Below are positions 1 to 8,607 of a stretch of 64,000 nucleotides of DNA, one piece after another. How positions within the stretch are numbered: position 1 is the first letter of the stretch; every line of letters starts with the position of its first letter. The DNA lies in NCBI GenBank assembly GCA_963783305.1, contig CAWAMW010000013.1:64001-128000 (forward strand). The letters run 5' to 3'. The translations under genes and the position numbers were made by a program. The notes beneath the pieces were generated by a model. That model did not search any database. It was not told where the DNA came from and saw only the letters and a program-made list of their open reading frames with translations. The DNA is from an uncultured Gemmatimonadales bacterium. Lineage in GTDB: Bacteria > Gemmatimonadota > Gemmatimonadetes > Longimicrobiales > RSA9.

Positions 1-963
1 GATCCTGCCGAGTCGGCGCGCGAGGCCACGGGAACGTTGCGGGAGCTGACCCTCTCCTTCTACAACGCGCTCCCCAAGGTGGGCATTGCGCTGGTGCTCC
101 TGCTCCTGGCGGGCATTATCGCCAAGCTGGTCCGGATGGCGCTCGGGGCGGTGCTCTCCAGCTGGGAGCGCGCGGAGGCGACATCCGCGCTGGTGGCGAT
201 CCTTATCTGGCTCCTGGCGCTGGGCGCGGCGCTGAGTGTCGTCGCGGGCGATGCTCGGGCGCTGGTGGGCTCCATCGGGCTCTTCGGTCTGGCGCTCTCG
301 TGGGCACTACAGACCCCGATCGAGAGCTTCACCGGCTGGCTGCTCAACTCCTTCCGATCCTACTACCGGGTGGGCGACCGAATCGGGGTGGGAGAGGTAT
401 TCGGCGATGTGGCCCGGATCGATTTCCTCACCACCACGGTGTTCGAGGCAGGCGGACCGGACAAGAACGTGCGCGCGGCGCAGTCGACGGGGGCCCTGAT
501 CACGTTCCCCAACGCGGAGATCCTCCGGTCGAATGTCATCAACTACACGCGCGACTTCCCGTACGTATACGATGAGCTCACGGTGGGCGTGACGCACGAG
601 AGTGACATGCGGCTGGCGATCGAGGTGGTGCAGCGGACGGCGATGGAGGTGGTGGGGGAGCGTATGGCCGTGGCGGCGGAGACGTACGCCAGCATGCTCG
701 AGCGTGCGCATCTCGCCTGGAACGTGGCCACCAAGCCGGAGGTCTACGTCCAGGCCAGGGAGTCATGGACCGACCTGATCATTCGGTACGTGGTCCCGGT
801 CCGGGAGATGCGGGTATGGTCGAGCCGACTACAGCTGGCGCTGCACGACGCGCTGGCCGAGCCGGAGGTCGCCGACCGGGTCTGGACGGCATACCCACGC
901 ACGCAGGTGGAGCAGCTCCCGCCGCAGGCCGAGCGGCCACATACGACGAGTGAGATGCCATGA
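1..963 (+). CDS. Small-conductance mechanosensitive channel (MscS family), probably 5'-partial
   Basis: Frame is open from base 1. Three hydrophobic helices are followed by ALQTPIESFTG..YRVGDRIGVG..GDVARIDFLTT and ITFPNAEI, the MscS beta-domain pattern. Confidence 0.88.
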   Translation, partial: DPAESAREATGTLRELTLSFYNALPKVGIALVLLLLAGIIAKLVRMALGAVLSSWERAEATSALVAILIWLLALGAALSVVAGDARALVGSIGLFGLALSWALQTPIESFTGWLLNSFRSYYRVGDRIGVGEVFGDVARIDFLTTTVFEAGGPDKNVRAAQSTGALITFPNAEILRSNVINYTRDFPYVYDELTVGVTHESDMRLAIEVVQRTAMEVVGERMAVAAETYASMLERAHLAWNVATKPEVYVQARESWTDLIIRYVVPVREMRVWSSRLQLALHDALAEPEVADRVWTAYPRTQVEQLPPQAERPHTTSEMP

Positions 964-1886
964 TGCAGCAGTCGAGATGGGGGATAGTGCTGGCTATGAC
1001 GCTGGCCGTGGGGTGCGACACGGCGGCGCCGCCCCCCATCCTGAGCAACAACGTCTGCGACGCGCCATCCGTCGACGTAGCTCTGCCCGCCGGCCTGGAG
1101 GAAACCAGCGGCGTGAGCGCCAGTCGCGCCCATTCCGGCGTGTTCTGGACCCACAACGACTCGGGCAGCGAGCCCGTGATATTCGCGGTGGACGCCACGG
1201 GGGCGGTCCGCGGGCGTGTCCGAATCGACGCAGCCACGAACCGGGACTGGGAGGATATCGCGAGGGGGCCGTGCGAGCCCGGCTCGTCGGAAGACTGCCT
1301 CTTCATCGGCGAGATCGGCGACAACGCGGGACGATACTCGAACGTGGCGGTGTACCGCGTCCCGGAGCCGGACCCGGCTACGGACACGGTGTCGCAGCCC
1401 GCATCGATCTTCCGCTTCACCTACCCGGACGGCCCCCGCGACGCGGAAGCGCTCTACGTCACAGCGGCGGGCATACACGTGGTCAGCAAAGGCCGCAGCG
1501 GCCCCATCGAGCTCTTCCGGCTGCCGCCGCCCTACATGCGGGATTCGACGGTGGCGATCCAGCGCATCCAGCGCCTCGGGCCGCCGCCCACGAGCCTGTC
1601 CGCCCAGGCCACCGCCGCAGCGGTCGATCCCGGCGGCGATCACGTCGTGGTCCGCACCTACGCCGGGCTCCGCTTCTTCAAGGTCGACGGCGATACCCTC
1701 CGCCCCCACGGGCGCGCCGCCGACGGCATCGCAGCCGGACAGCTCCAGGGCGAGGGCGTGGATTACATCGACGACTCCCGACTCGTCCTCACGAGCGAAT
1801 CTCAACCCGGTCGGCCGCCTTCTCTGCTCATCACCACCTGCGATCCGACCCGCCCCCCGCCAGACTCCACCTCAGTCCCCTCCTGA
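960..1886 (+). CDS. Lipoprotein of unknown function (beta-propeller-like, WTHNDSG/DWED motifs)
   Basis: Lipobox LAVGC; ATGA overlap with the mscS stop; ETSG, HNDSG, DWEDI, IGDN, DAEA and QGEG motifs. Confidence 0.7.
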   Translation: MMQQSRWGIVLAMTLAVGCDTAAPPPILSNNVCDAPSVDVALPAGLEETSGVSASRAHSGVFWTHNDSGSEPVIFAVDATGAVRGRVRIDAATNRDWEDIARGPCEPGSSEDCLFIGEIGDNAGRYSNVAVYRVPEPDPATDTVSQPASIFRFTYPDGPRDAEALYVTAAGIHVVSKGRSGPIELFRLPPPYMRDSTVAIQRIQRLGPPPTSLSAQATAAAVDPGGDHVVVRTYAGLRFFKVDGDTLRPHGRAADGIAAGQLQGEGVDYIDDSRLVLTSESQPGRPPSLLITTCDPTRPPPDSTSVPS

Positions 1887-1924
1887 CCGCTCCGGGGGCC
1901 CCCTGACGGACCCTCATCCTCCCG

Positions 1925-1940
1925 CGGAACGGGGATTGCA
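1925..1940 (+). promoter_or_regulatory. Putative sigma-54 promoter (-24/-12)
   Basis: CGGAACGGGGATTGCA has GG-N10-GC spacing with TTGCA, about 55 nt upstream of the transglycosylase ATG. Confidence 0.5.
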
Positions 1941-1994
1941 CTCTATAAGGGCGAATCCCTCGAATCCTGAGGGAAAAGAAAGGTGGAGCCAGAC

Positions 1995-2891
1995 ATGGTC
2001 GATAACAGCCATAATGACCCAATAGAGCGCGCCGCGGGGCCCTTCCGCGCCCCCCAGAGCAGTGAGCACCCCTGGGAGGCATGGGAGACGAAGCGAGGCC
2101 CCTTCGAGCGCCGGAGCGCGCATCAGCGGCGGTCGCCGTCCTCTGAAGAGGACATTGAAGCGTCCTCCCCAGAGGAGCGCAGGCGCCGGTGGGGACGCCG
2201 GAAGGCCGACGTCCTGTCGACGGAGGCGCGGGGGACGCTCTCGGACCGAAGCCGGTCATTCGTGCGGCGGTTCCGGGAGCCGATCATCGGGCTGACGCTG
2301 GCGGGTGTCGCCGCGCCGCTCATCAACGCGGGTGTAAACCCGCAGGCGGGGATGGACGCAGCTGCCCGGGAGGCAGAGGCAGAGACCGAGGAAGCGGCGG
2401 CCGCGGCGGAGGACCGCGACCTGGAGGGGGAGGTGGGCGACTACTGGGCGGAGTCCGAGAATGAGGTCGTTCGGACCCACACCATCGAGGGCGCCGTAAC
2501 CCGCTGGGGCATCGAGGCGGGGCTGGCCGAAAAGATTTACGACTACGCCGAGAAGAACGAGATCGAGCCGGACCTGGCCTACGGACTGGTGTTCACGGAG
2601 AGCACCTTCCGGGAGCGCGCGGTGAGCCATGTGGGTGCGCGCGGGCTGACGCAGCTGATGCCGCGGACGGCGAAGTGGCTCGACCCGAGCGTGGATTCGC
2701 GGGAGCTGTTCGACGCGGATACCAATCTGGATATCGGCTTCCGATATCTCAGGCAGTTGATCGACAAGTACGACGGGGACGTGGAGAACGCGCTCACGGC
2801 GTACAACCGGGGCCCGGGGACGGTGGACAAGATCCTCAAGCGTGGCGGCAACCCGGATAACGGCTACGCGAAGAAGGTGCTGGCCGGGTAG
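1995..2891 (+). CDS. Lytic transglycosylase (SLT domain), membrane-anchored
   Basis: TES catalytic motif, GARGLTQLMP, NLDIG..YL, ALTAYNRG; RBS-like AAAGGTGGAG before ATG 1995. Confidence 0.9.
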   Translation: MVDNSHNDPIERAAGPFRAPQSSEHPWEAWETKRGPFERRSAHQRRSPSSEEDIEASSPEERRRRWGRRKADVLSTEARGTLSDRSRSFVRRFREPIIGLTLAGVAAPLINAGVNPQAGMDAAAREAEAETEEAAAAAEDRDLEGEVGDYWAESENEVVRTHTIEGAVTRWGIEAGLAEKIYDYAEKNEIEPDLAYGLVFTESTFRERAVSHVGARGLTQLMPRTAKWLDPSVDSRELFDADTNLDIGFRYLRQLIDKYDGDVENALTAYNRGPGTVDKILKRGGNPDNGYAKKVLAG

Positions 2892-2930
2892 CAGGCGGCC
2901 GGGGTCAGGAGCTGCCTGGCCCGCCGGATG

Positions 2931-2978
2931 AAAGAAAGAGAGAGCAGTCCTCGTTCGAGGGCTGCTCTCTCTTTTTTT
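2931..2978. terminator. Bidirectional intrinsic terminator
   Basis: AAAGAGAGAGCAGTCCTCG-TT-CGAGGGCTGCTCTCTCTTTTTTT, lying between convergent genes. Confidence 0.9.
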
Positions 2979-2994
2979 GGGCTCCCCGGGAAGG

Positions 2995-3774
2995 TCAGAT
3001 CTTCCGGAGGCGGATACTGCCGTTCACCGTGGAGAGGCGGAGCTCCGGTCCGCCGTCACCGATGGAGCCGCGGAGGCTCCGCCGCGACACCTTGCCCGTG
3101 ACGAGGATCGGGAAATCGCTGTCGATGCCGCCGTTGACGGTATTGGCGCGGAAATCGGCGTTGAGGCCTTCGGGCATCTCGATGGTGATGCTCCCGTTGA
3201 CCGTCTCGAACTCGACGTCCTCCTCGAAGGAGCTGCGTCCGAGCCGGCAGGTGATGTTGCCATTCACGGTGCTGGCCTCTGCGAAGCCGGAGGTGTAGAC
3301 GTCCACGTTGCCGTTCACCGTTTCCGCCTTGGCATCGGCGCGAAGGCCTTCGGCGTGGATGTCGCCGTTCACCGTCTGGCCGGCGAACTTCACGTTGGCG
3401 GGAACCTGCACGACGAAGTCCACCTGGACGTCGTTGTTGCTGGTGTTGTTGGTCCCACCACCGGGCCGACACTCGTTTTCCTGCCGGGCGTTCCGCGGCG
3501 TGGGATACACGGCGCAGATGGTGACGCCACCGCCGTGCTCCACCACCTCGATCCGCACGCTGGACGGATCACTCCGGCGGCCGTGGCGGTCGGCGACCAC
3601 CCGTACGTTCGCATCGGAGCTGGCTTCGGCGCGCACATCGCCGTTCACGCCCTGTATCTCCACGGTCTGACCCGGTTGAAGGCGACCGCGCCAGTCGAAG
3701 TCGGACCTCTGGCCTACGAGGCCGGTTGCGGCCGCCGCGGTCAGACTCAGGGCAAGCAGGCTGGTCCTGATCAT
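2995..3774 (-). CDS. Exported DUF4097 (beta-strand repeat) protein
   Basis: Signal peptide MIRTSLLALSLTAAAA; repeated TVNG-x-I units; RBS AAGGAG upstream. Confidence 0.82.
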   Translation of the reverse strand: MIRTSLLALSLTAAAATGLVGQRSDFDWRGRLQPGQTVEIQGVNGDVRAEASSDANVRVVADRHGRRSDPSSVRIEVVEHGGGVTICAVYPTPRNARQENECRPGGGTNNTSNNDVQVDFVVQVPANVKFAGQTVNGDIHAEGLRADAKAETVNGNVDVYTSGFAEASTVNGNITCRLGRSSFEEDVEFETVNGSITIEMPEGLNADFRANTVNGGIDSDFPILVTGKVSRRSLRGSIGDGGPELRLSTVNGSIRLRKI

Positions 3775-3802
3775 ATCCGTGCTCCTTCGGGTGACCGGCC
3801 GG

Positions 3803-4648
3803 TCACGGCCGGCGCAGAAGTATCTCGCCATTGAACGACTCCAGCTCCAGGCGCGCGCCCCCCGCACCGAGCGTAAAGTTGAATTTCTTGTCGCGCGTGG
3901 TACCGGTGAGACGCACCGGGAAGTCGGCGTCGAAGTCACCGTGATAGGTCGACACCGACACCGTGGCGCTGGTGTTTTCCGGAACCGCTACGACCACGTC
4001 GCCGTTGTGGGTGCTGAACACGTAGCTGCCCCGATCGCTGATCGTGCCCTCATAGCCGATGTCGCCGTTGACGGTCGAGGCGCGCGTAGCGGCGGACCGG
4101 ATCCCCCGCATCACGACGTCCCCGTTGGTGGTCTCGACGTAGATGTCACCGCTCACGCCCGTGAGAGTCACATCCTCGTTCACACTCACCACATCGAGCT
4201 TCCCGCGCGCGTTCCGTACCTCGATCCCTCCCTGGATGGAACGAAGGTGCAGCACTCCGCCCCCGCCATCGACGACAATGTCGCCGCCCACGGTCTCGAC
4301 GCTGATCTCCCCCTCCGTCCCGGCCACGCTCACATCGACCTGCATGCCCTCGACGCGGACGTTCATCCAGCGTGGCAGGTCGATCTCGAAATCGGCTTCC
4401 TGGGGCCCACCTCTCCGGGATCGCGGCCGGACGCGCACCGCTGAGCCCGTACGCACCACGTCCAGGCTCTGCTGGCCCTCGAACTCGGCCCGGACCCGGA
4501 TCGCGTCCCGGGCCCATGATCGGATCGTGACCTCGCCACGGAAGTTGTCCACCTCCAGGCGCTCTCCACGCTCCACCTTTATGATCGTGTCCGCCGCCTG
4601 GGGTGGAGCCCCCAGGGCCAGCGCTGCCATCAGTATCGCCGTTATCAT
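3803..4648 (-). CDS. Exported DUF4097 (beta-strand repeat) protein
   Basis: Signal peptide; repeated ETVGGDI/TTNGDV/TVNGDI/SFNGEI units. Confidence 0.82.
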   Translation of the reverse strand: MITAILMAALALGAPPQAADTIIKVERGERLEVDNFRGEVTIRSWARDAIRVRAEFEGQQSLDVVRTGSAVRVRPRSRRGGPQEADFEIDLPRWMNVRVEGMQVDVSVAGTEGEISVETVGGDIVVDGGGGVLHLRSIQGGIEVRNARGKLDVVSVNEDVTLTGVSGDIYVETTNGDVVMRGIRSAATRASTVNGDIGYEGTISDRGSYVFSTHNGDVVVAVPENTSATVSVSTYHGDFDADFPVRLTGTTRDKKFNFTLGAGGARLELESFNGEILLRRP

Positions 4649-4660
4649 GATCGCCCTGCC

Positions 4661-5347
4661 TCAGCTTTCCGTTTTCCCGATGCTGGTAACCCGCCGGAGC
4701 AGGTCGACCTTCTGCCTCATGGCGCCCGCCAGATGCGTCGTGAGGAACGCGCTGGACGGGTCTTCCGACAGCGCCTGATTCGCCTCCACGATGGCCCGGT
4801 CGATGATCGCCAGGTTCTGCTCGACCACTCGCACTGTCTCCGGGTCCAGATCGGCCTGCCCTGCCGCGAACGCCGCCTCGAGCTCCGAGATCGCCGGCTC
4901 ATACGCCGCCAGGAAGACCACCGGCTGACCCGCGTCCTGCGGCCCCTGCGTCGCCTCGACTCCGGCGGTCCTGACCTCTTCATCCCCCGGGAGCGAGAGC
5001 AGCACACGCGCGGCTCCGGCCGTCAGCAGGACCAGCGCGATGGCCGCGGCAGCGAGCTGCGGCACAGTCACGGAGATCCGCCGCCGCCACGAGATCGGCA
5101 CCACCCGATCAGCCGGGTGACGGGAACGGGGTTCCAGGCGATTCTCGATTCCTGGCCACAGGTCGTGGTCCGGGATCGTTCCCGGAAGGAGCGATGCCTG
5201 CGCCACGATCACGCGGATCTCCTCGAGCGCGCCGGCGCACTCGCCGCACCGGGACAGATGCTCATCGCACGAAACCCGTTCAGCGGCGCTCAGATCCCCG
5301 TCCACGTACTCCGACAGACGGTCGGTCCAGTGCTCGTGCGTCCCCAT
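4661..5347 (-). CDS. Zinc-finger (zf-HC2) membrane anti-sigma factor
   Basis: LSEYVDGDL..HLSRCGEC (HxxxCxxC), one TM helix, directly downstream of an ECF sigma gene. Confidence 0.88.
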   Translation of the reverse strand: MGTHEHWTDRLSEYVDGDLSAAERVSCDEHLSRCGECAGALEEIRVIVAQASLLPGTIPDHDLWPGIENRLEPRSRHPADRVVPISWRRRISVTVPQLAAAAIALVLLTAGAARVLLSLPGDEEVRTAGVEATQGPQDAGQPVVFLAAYEPAISELEAAFAAGQADLDPETVRVVEQNLAIIDRAIVEANQALSEDPSSAFLTTHLAGAMRQKVDLLRRVTSIGKTES

Positions 5348-5348
5348 T

Positions 5349-5909
5349 CTATGCCCCCAGATGCTGTCGCAGCGCCCTTCGCGCTTCATGGAGCTGCGAC
5401 TTCGATGTTCCCGCCGCTATCCCCAGCATTTCACCAATCTCCCGGTGCTTGTACCCTTCCACGTCGTGGAGCACGAACACCTGCCTGGCCCGGTCGGGCA
5501 GCCGCCCCATCGCCTGGGTCAGGTCCATCCGGTGGTCCGTCCGCTGACGCGGTGCCCGCGCCCGCTCCATCGCCCAATCGTCACGCCTGAACCGGTCCTG
5601 CCGCTTGCCCGCCTTTTCCCGCTTCGCCAGGCAGACGTTGATCGCCAGCCGGTACAGCCAGGTTCCAAACGAGGCCCTGCCCCCGAACAGCTCCAGCTTC
5701 TGCCACGCACGGACGAAGACATCCTGCACCGTATCATCGCACAGCTCCGGCCCTACCATCCGCCCGCACAGCGTGTGGATCCTGGGAACGTGCCGCCGGT
5801 ACAGCCGCTCGAAGGCTCGCGTGTCGCCGGCGATCGCCAGCGCCACGTCTTCCGTGTCCGTAGTCGGCACCCCGGGTTCGGTTGTGTTCATCTCGGCTAG
5901 TCTGGCCAT
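5349..5909 (-). CDS. ECF RNA polymerase sigma-70 factor
   Basis: GDTRAFERLY, QDVFVRAW, FGTWLYRLAIN, LPDRARQVFVLHDVEG..EIG..GTSKSQL. Start is 5909 or 5891. Confidence 0.92.
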   Translation of the reverse strand: MARLAEMNTTEPGVPTTDTEDVALAIAGDTRAFERLYRRHVPRIHTLCGRMVGPELCDDTVQDVFVRAWQKLELFGGRASFGTWLYRLAINVCLAKREKAGKRQDRFRRDDWAMERARAPRQRTDHRMDLTQAMGRLPDRARQVFVLHDVEGYKHREIGEMLGIAAGTSKSQLHEARRALRQHLGA

Positions 5910-5919
5910 TACACACGGT

Positions 5920-5947
5920 GAGACAGCACGCGGGACGGAAAGGTTGG
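5920..5947 (-). promoter_or_regulatory. Putative autoregulatory ECF promoter
   Basis: Minus strand CCAACC-N17-GTCT (AAC / GTC cores) immediately upstream of the ECF sigma start. Confidence 0.5.
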
Positions 5948-6029
5948 AAACGAATGTAGTATTGGCGGCGAGCGCGCCATACCCTCGTGCCGGGAACCCG
6001 GGACCGCGGAAGGCGAGGACGGACCCCCC

Positions 6030-6067
6030 ATACAACAAGGGCCCGTCCGCTTTCCACGGACGGGCCC
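6030..6067 (-). terminator. Intrinsic terminator of the second ECF sigma gene
   Basis: 11-bp stem GGGCCCGTCCG/CGGACGGGCCC followed on the minus strand by TTGTTGTAT. Confidence 0.7.
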
Positions 6068-6088
6068 GGAGCACTGCGGCGGCTTGGC

Positions 6089-6709
6089 CTAGTTGAGCAG
6101 CGGCTCGATCATCTCGGCAAAGCTGGTGCGCGCCCGATGCAGCCGGCTCTTCACCGTACCGAGGTTTACCCCGGTAATGTCGGCGATCTCCTCATAGCTC
6201 TTGCCCTCCAGCTCACGCAGCCGGAAGACCAGCTGATGGTGCTCCGGCAGCTTCGAGACCGTCTTCTCGACCACCTCTTCCAGGTACCGGTTCCGATACA
6301 GCTTGTCCGGCTTCATGTTCGAATCCTCGAACTGCAGCGCGCGGTGGTCCGGCTCCCAGTTCGTGGTGAGCTTCTGGAACAGCACAAGCGGACTCCGCGA
6401 GCGGTTCCGCAGCTCGTTCTTCGCCAGGTTCGAGCAGATCGTGTAGATCCACGTCGAGAACTTCTTGGACTGGTCGAAGCGGTGCAGGTGCCGCGTGACC
6501 CGCACGAACGCCTCCTGCACCAGGTCCTCCGCCCGATCCCCATCGCCCGTCTTGCGGCGGATGAAGTGCACCAGTCGGTCCCGATACCGGTTGTAGAGTT
6601 CGCTGAAGGCCAGTGGATGCCCATCCAGATGGGCCGCCACGAGCTCGCTGTCGCTCATGTCGAGCAGCGACACGGTCTGCTGCTTGTCCTCGGACATCAT
6701 AGTGGCCAT
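6089..6709 (-). CDS. ECF RNA polymerase sigma-70 factor (no adjacent anti-sigma)
   Basis: AEDLVQEAFVRV, KFSTWIYTI, GKSYEEIADITGVNLGTVKSRLHRAR; RBS GGGAGG before ATG 6709. Confidence 0.92.
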   Translation of the reverse strand: MATMMSEDKQQTVSLLDMSDSELVAAHLDGHPLAFSELYNRYRDRLVHFIRRKTGDGDRAEDLVQEAFVRVTRHLHRFDQSKKFSTWIYTICSNLAKNELRNRSRSPLVLFQKLTTNWEPDHRALQFEDSNMKPDKLYRNRYLEEVVEKTVSKLPEHHQLVFRLRELEGKSYEEIADITGVNLGTVKSRLHRARTSFAEMIEPLLN

Positions 6710-6836
6710 TCGCGCCTCCCAATCGTTGGAACAGGGAAGCACCCGCATACGAGTGCTCCCCTGCCGGTCGTTCAAGAAAAAACCGGTTCCAGACCAGCGT
6801 CACGAAACCGGTGAGCGTTCCTTCAATCTACATTGA

Positions 6837-6865
6837 AATATAAGAAGAGGCGCGGACCGATGCAA
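6837..6865 (-). promoter_or_regulatory. Sigma-70 promoter of the ECF sigma gene
   Basis: Minus strand TTGCAT-N17-TATATT in an AT-rich patch. Confidence 0.65.
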
Positions 6866-6930
6866 GGGGTTGTTTCGACTTACGTTGAAATGAGGTAAGA
6901 CGTTGTGCGCCAAGGTTTTGGACGTAGTAT

Positions 6931-7054
6931 GGTCGAGGGTCGATCCCTTCGGTACCCGCGGGCGCGGGGGTTGATGCTCGTGGGTCGCTCCGCGTCCCGG
7001 GGGCCCCGCTGGCGTGGGGGTCGATCGCCCGCGACCGATCGCCTCCCGCCCCAC
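6931..7054 (+). repeat. Dispersed intergenic repeat, copy A (REP/BIME-like)
   Basis: Core GGTCGAGGGTCGATCCCTTCGG (6931-6952) is identical at 14323-14344 and, inverted, at 46745-46766; downstream modules are also shared. Confidence 0.85.
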
Positions 7055-7077
7055 CGCCAGTTCAGCGATCTGCCGCT

Positions 7078-7602
7078 CTAGGACTCGTCGAGCTCCGGCT
7101 CGAGGGTCATCTGCATGACGCGGCCCTCGAGGCGGCGGTCCCGGCTCTCGACGTTCGCCACATCATCCAGTCGCTCAGCCACCTCATCCAGGACGCGCTG
7201 ACCGTTCTCGGGCCTGCGCATCTCACGGCGACGGAACCGTACGGTGATCCGGACGTGCTTGCCCTTCTTGAGGAAGCGGCGTGCGTTGCGGACCTTGAAG
7301 TCGAGGTCGTGGTCGTCGGTCTTGGGGCGGAACTTCACTTCCTTGAGTTCGTACGTGTGCTGTTTCTTCTTGGCCTCTTTGGCGGCCTTCTGCTGCTCGT
7401 ACTGGTACTTGCCCCAGTCCATGATCCGTACGACGGGGGGGCGGGCCCTGGGGGCCACCTCGACGAGATCGAGGCTGGCTGTTGCGGCGCGCTCCCTGGC
7501 TTCGTCGAGCGGAACGATACCGACCTGCTCGCCTTCCGGGTCGATGAGTCGAACGGGACTGATGCGGATGTCGTCGTTTACGCGGGTTTTGGTCGTGCCT
7601 AT
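7078..7602 (-). CDS. infC: Translation initiation factor IF-3 (ATA start codon)
   Basis: RBS AAGGGAGG then ATA GGC ACG ACC AAA ACC CGC GTA AAC, giving (M)GTTKTRVNDDIRISPVRLID; in frame with PPVVRIMDWGKYQYE and LKEVKFRPKTDDHD. Confidence 0.95.
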   Translation of the reverse strand: MGTTKTRVNDDIRISPVRLIDPEGEQVGIVPLDEARERAATASLDLVEVAPRARPPVVRIMDWGKYQYEQQKAAKEAKKKQHTYELKEVKFRPKTDDHDLDFKVRNARRFLKKGKHVRITVRFRRREMRRPENGQRVLDEVAERLDDVANVESRDRRLEGRVMQMTLEPELDES

Positions 7603-7648
7603 GAGATCCTCCCTTGTGGGGTTGAGTGGTCCACGGGGGAAAGGTGTG

Positions 7649-8533
7649 TCAACCTTCGTGCCGTGGCTCGGGTAGAGCGACGCAGTTCAGGATGCCGCCC
7701 ACCGGATTGAAGGTGAGCCACCGTCGCCCGTGAGACAACTGCTGGCGGGTGGAGGGTGAGCAGAGGGTGGAGACCGAGTCGCCTTCGACCACGAGCGCGG
7801 TCTCGCCGGCAGCGATGAGCCGGAAGCTGTGTGTGCCGGCGGGGACGGTGAGGACGAGGTCGAGGGGCGGGGCCGCGGGGCGGATCTCGAGGCGGTCCGG
7901 GACCCCCACGGAAACGGAGAGGGGCCGACTGCTCAGGACGCGGAACGGTCCGACCTCGATGCGAACGCTGATGGATGCGATGTTGGCGAGCTCCGGCAGA
8001 CGGACGACTGCGGGTGCGAGGTCGCGGGTGAAGGTGGTGAAGAGCGACGGGTGGGGCGCCTCCGCCTCGACTGGCAGGAGCGCGTCCTCACGGCCGCCGT
8101 AGTCCATGGCCTCAGGGCCGTAGTCGATGGCCTGACGGCGGGGGTCCACGGCCTCTCCCCACGCGAAGGTGCGTGCGCGGGTGTGGCTGGACATCGTCTC
8201 GCCCATGGGTCGGCCGGGGAGCCGCACCTGGACCCAGACCTCGTCGGGGACGGCGACCATGTAGTCGACAGGGCCGTCGCCTGCGGCGGTGAGGGTGAGC
8301 GCATCGTGCTCGGCGAGTCCAGCGGCCGTGAAGCCCCTGGGCGCGCGGCTCGCTACCCGAACCGACCCGGGGCCTCCCCGTATGACCCTGAGGGTGCCAG
8401 CGCTCTCGGCATCGACGTAGATGGTCAGCCGGCTGCCGGCGAAGGCGAAGCTCTCACGTGAAACCTGCCATTCCTGCGCGGCCGCGGCCGACGGCCCCAG
8501 CAGGGCGAGGATGGCGATCAGGATGGTTCTCAT
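7649..8533 (-). CDS. Exported hypothetical protein
   Basis: Signal peptide MRTILIAILALLGPSAAAA; 294 aa; no family recognised. Confidence 0.65.
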   Translation of the reverse strand: MRTILIAILALLGPSAAAAQEWQVSRESFAFAGSRLTIYVDAESAGTLRVIRGGPGSVRVASRAPRGFTAAGLAEHDALTLTAAGDGPVDYMVAVPDEVWVQVRLPGRPMGETMSSHTRARTFAWGEAVDPRRQAIDYGPEAMDYGGREDALLPVEAEAPHPSLFTTFTRDLAPAVVRLPELANIASISVRIEVGPFRVLSSRPLSVSVGVPDRLEIRPAAPPLDLVLTVPAGTHSFRLIAAGETALVVEGDSVSTLCSPSTRQQLSHGRRWLTFNPVGGILNCVALPEPRHEG

Positions 8534-8607
8534 GGCGTTATCTCTACCGGGCGCTCAGGTCTGTGGATGATAGCCCGTGCCGGCGGAGATGTTCCGAGCT
8601 CGCTCCG

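Noticed and set aside
6931..7054. Repeat copies as a possible CRISPR array
   Set aside because: The copies are kilobases apart, with no regular repeat-spacer period and no cas genes.
7622..7652. TTGACA -35 element upstream of infC
   Set aside because: There is no convincing -10 hexamer at 16-18 nt spacing, so it is not called as a promoter.
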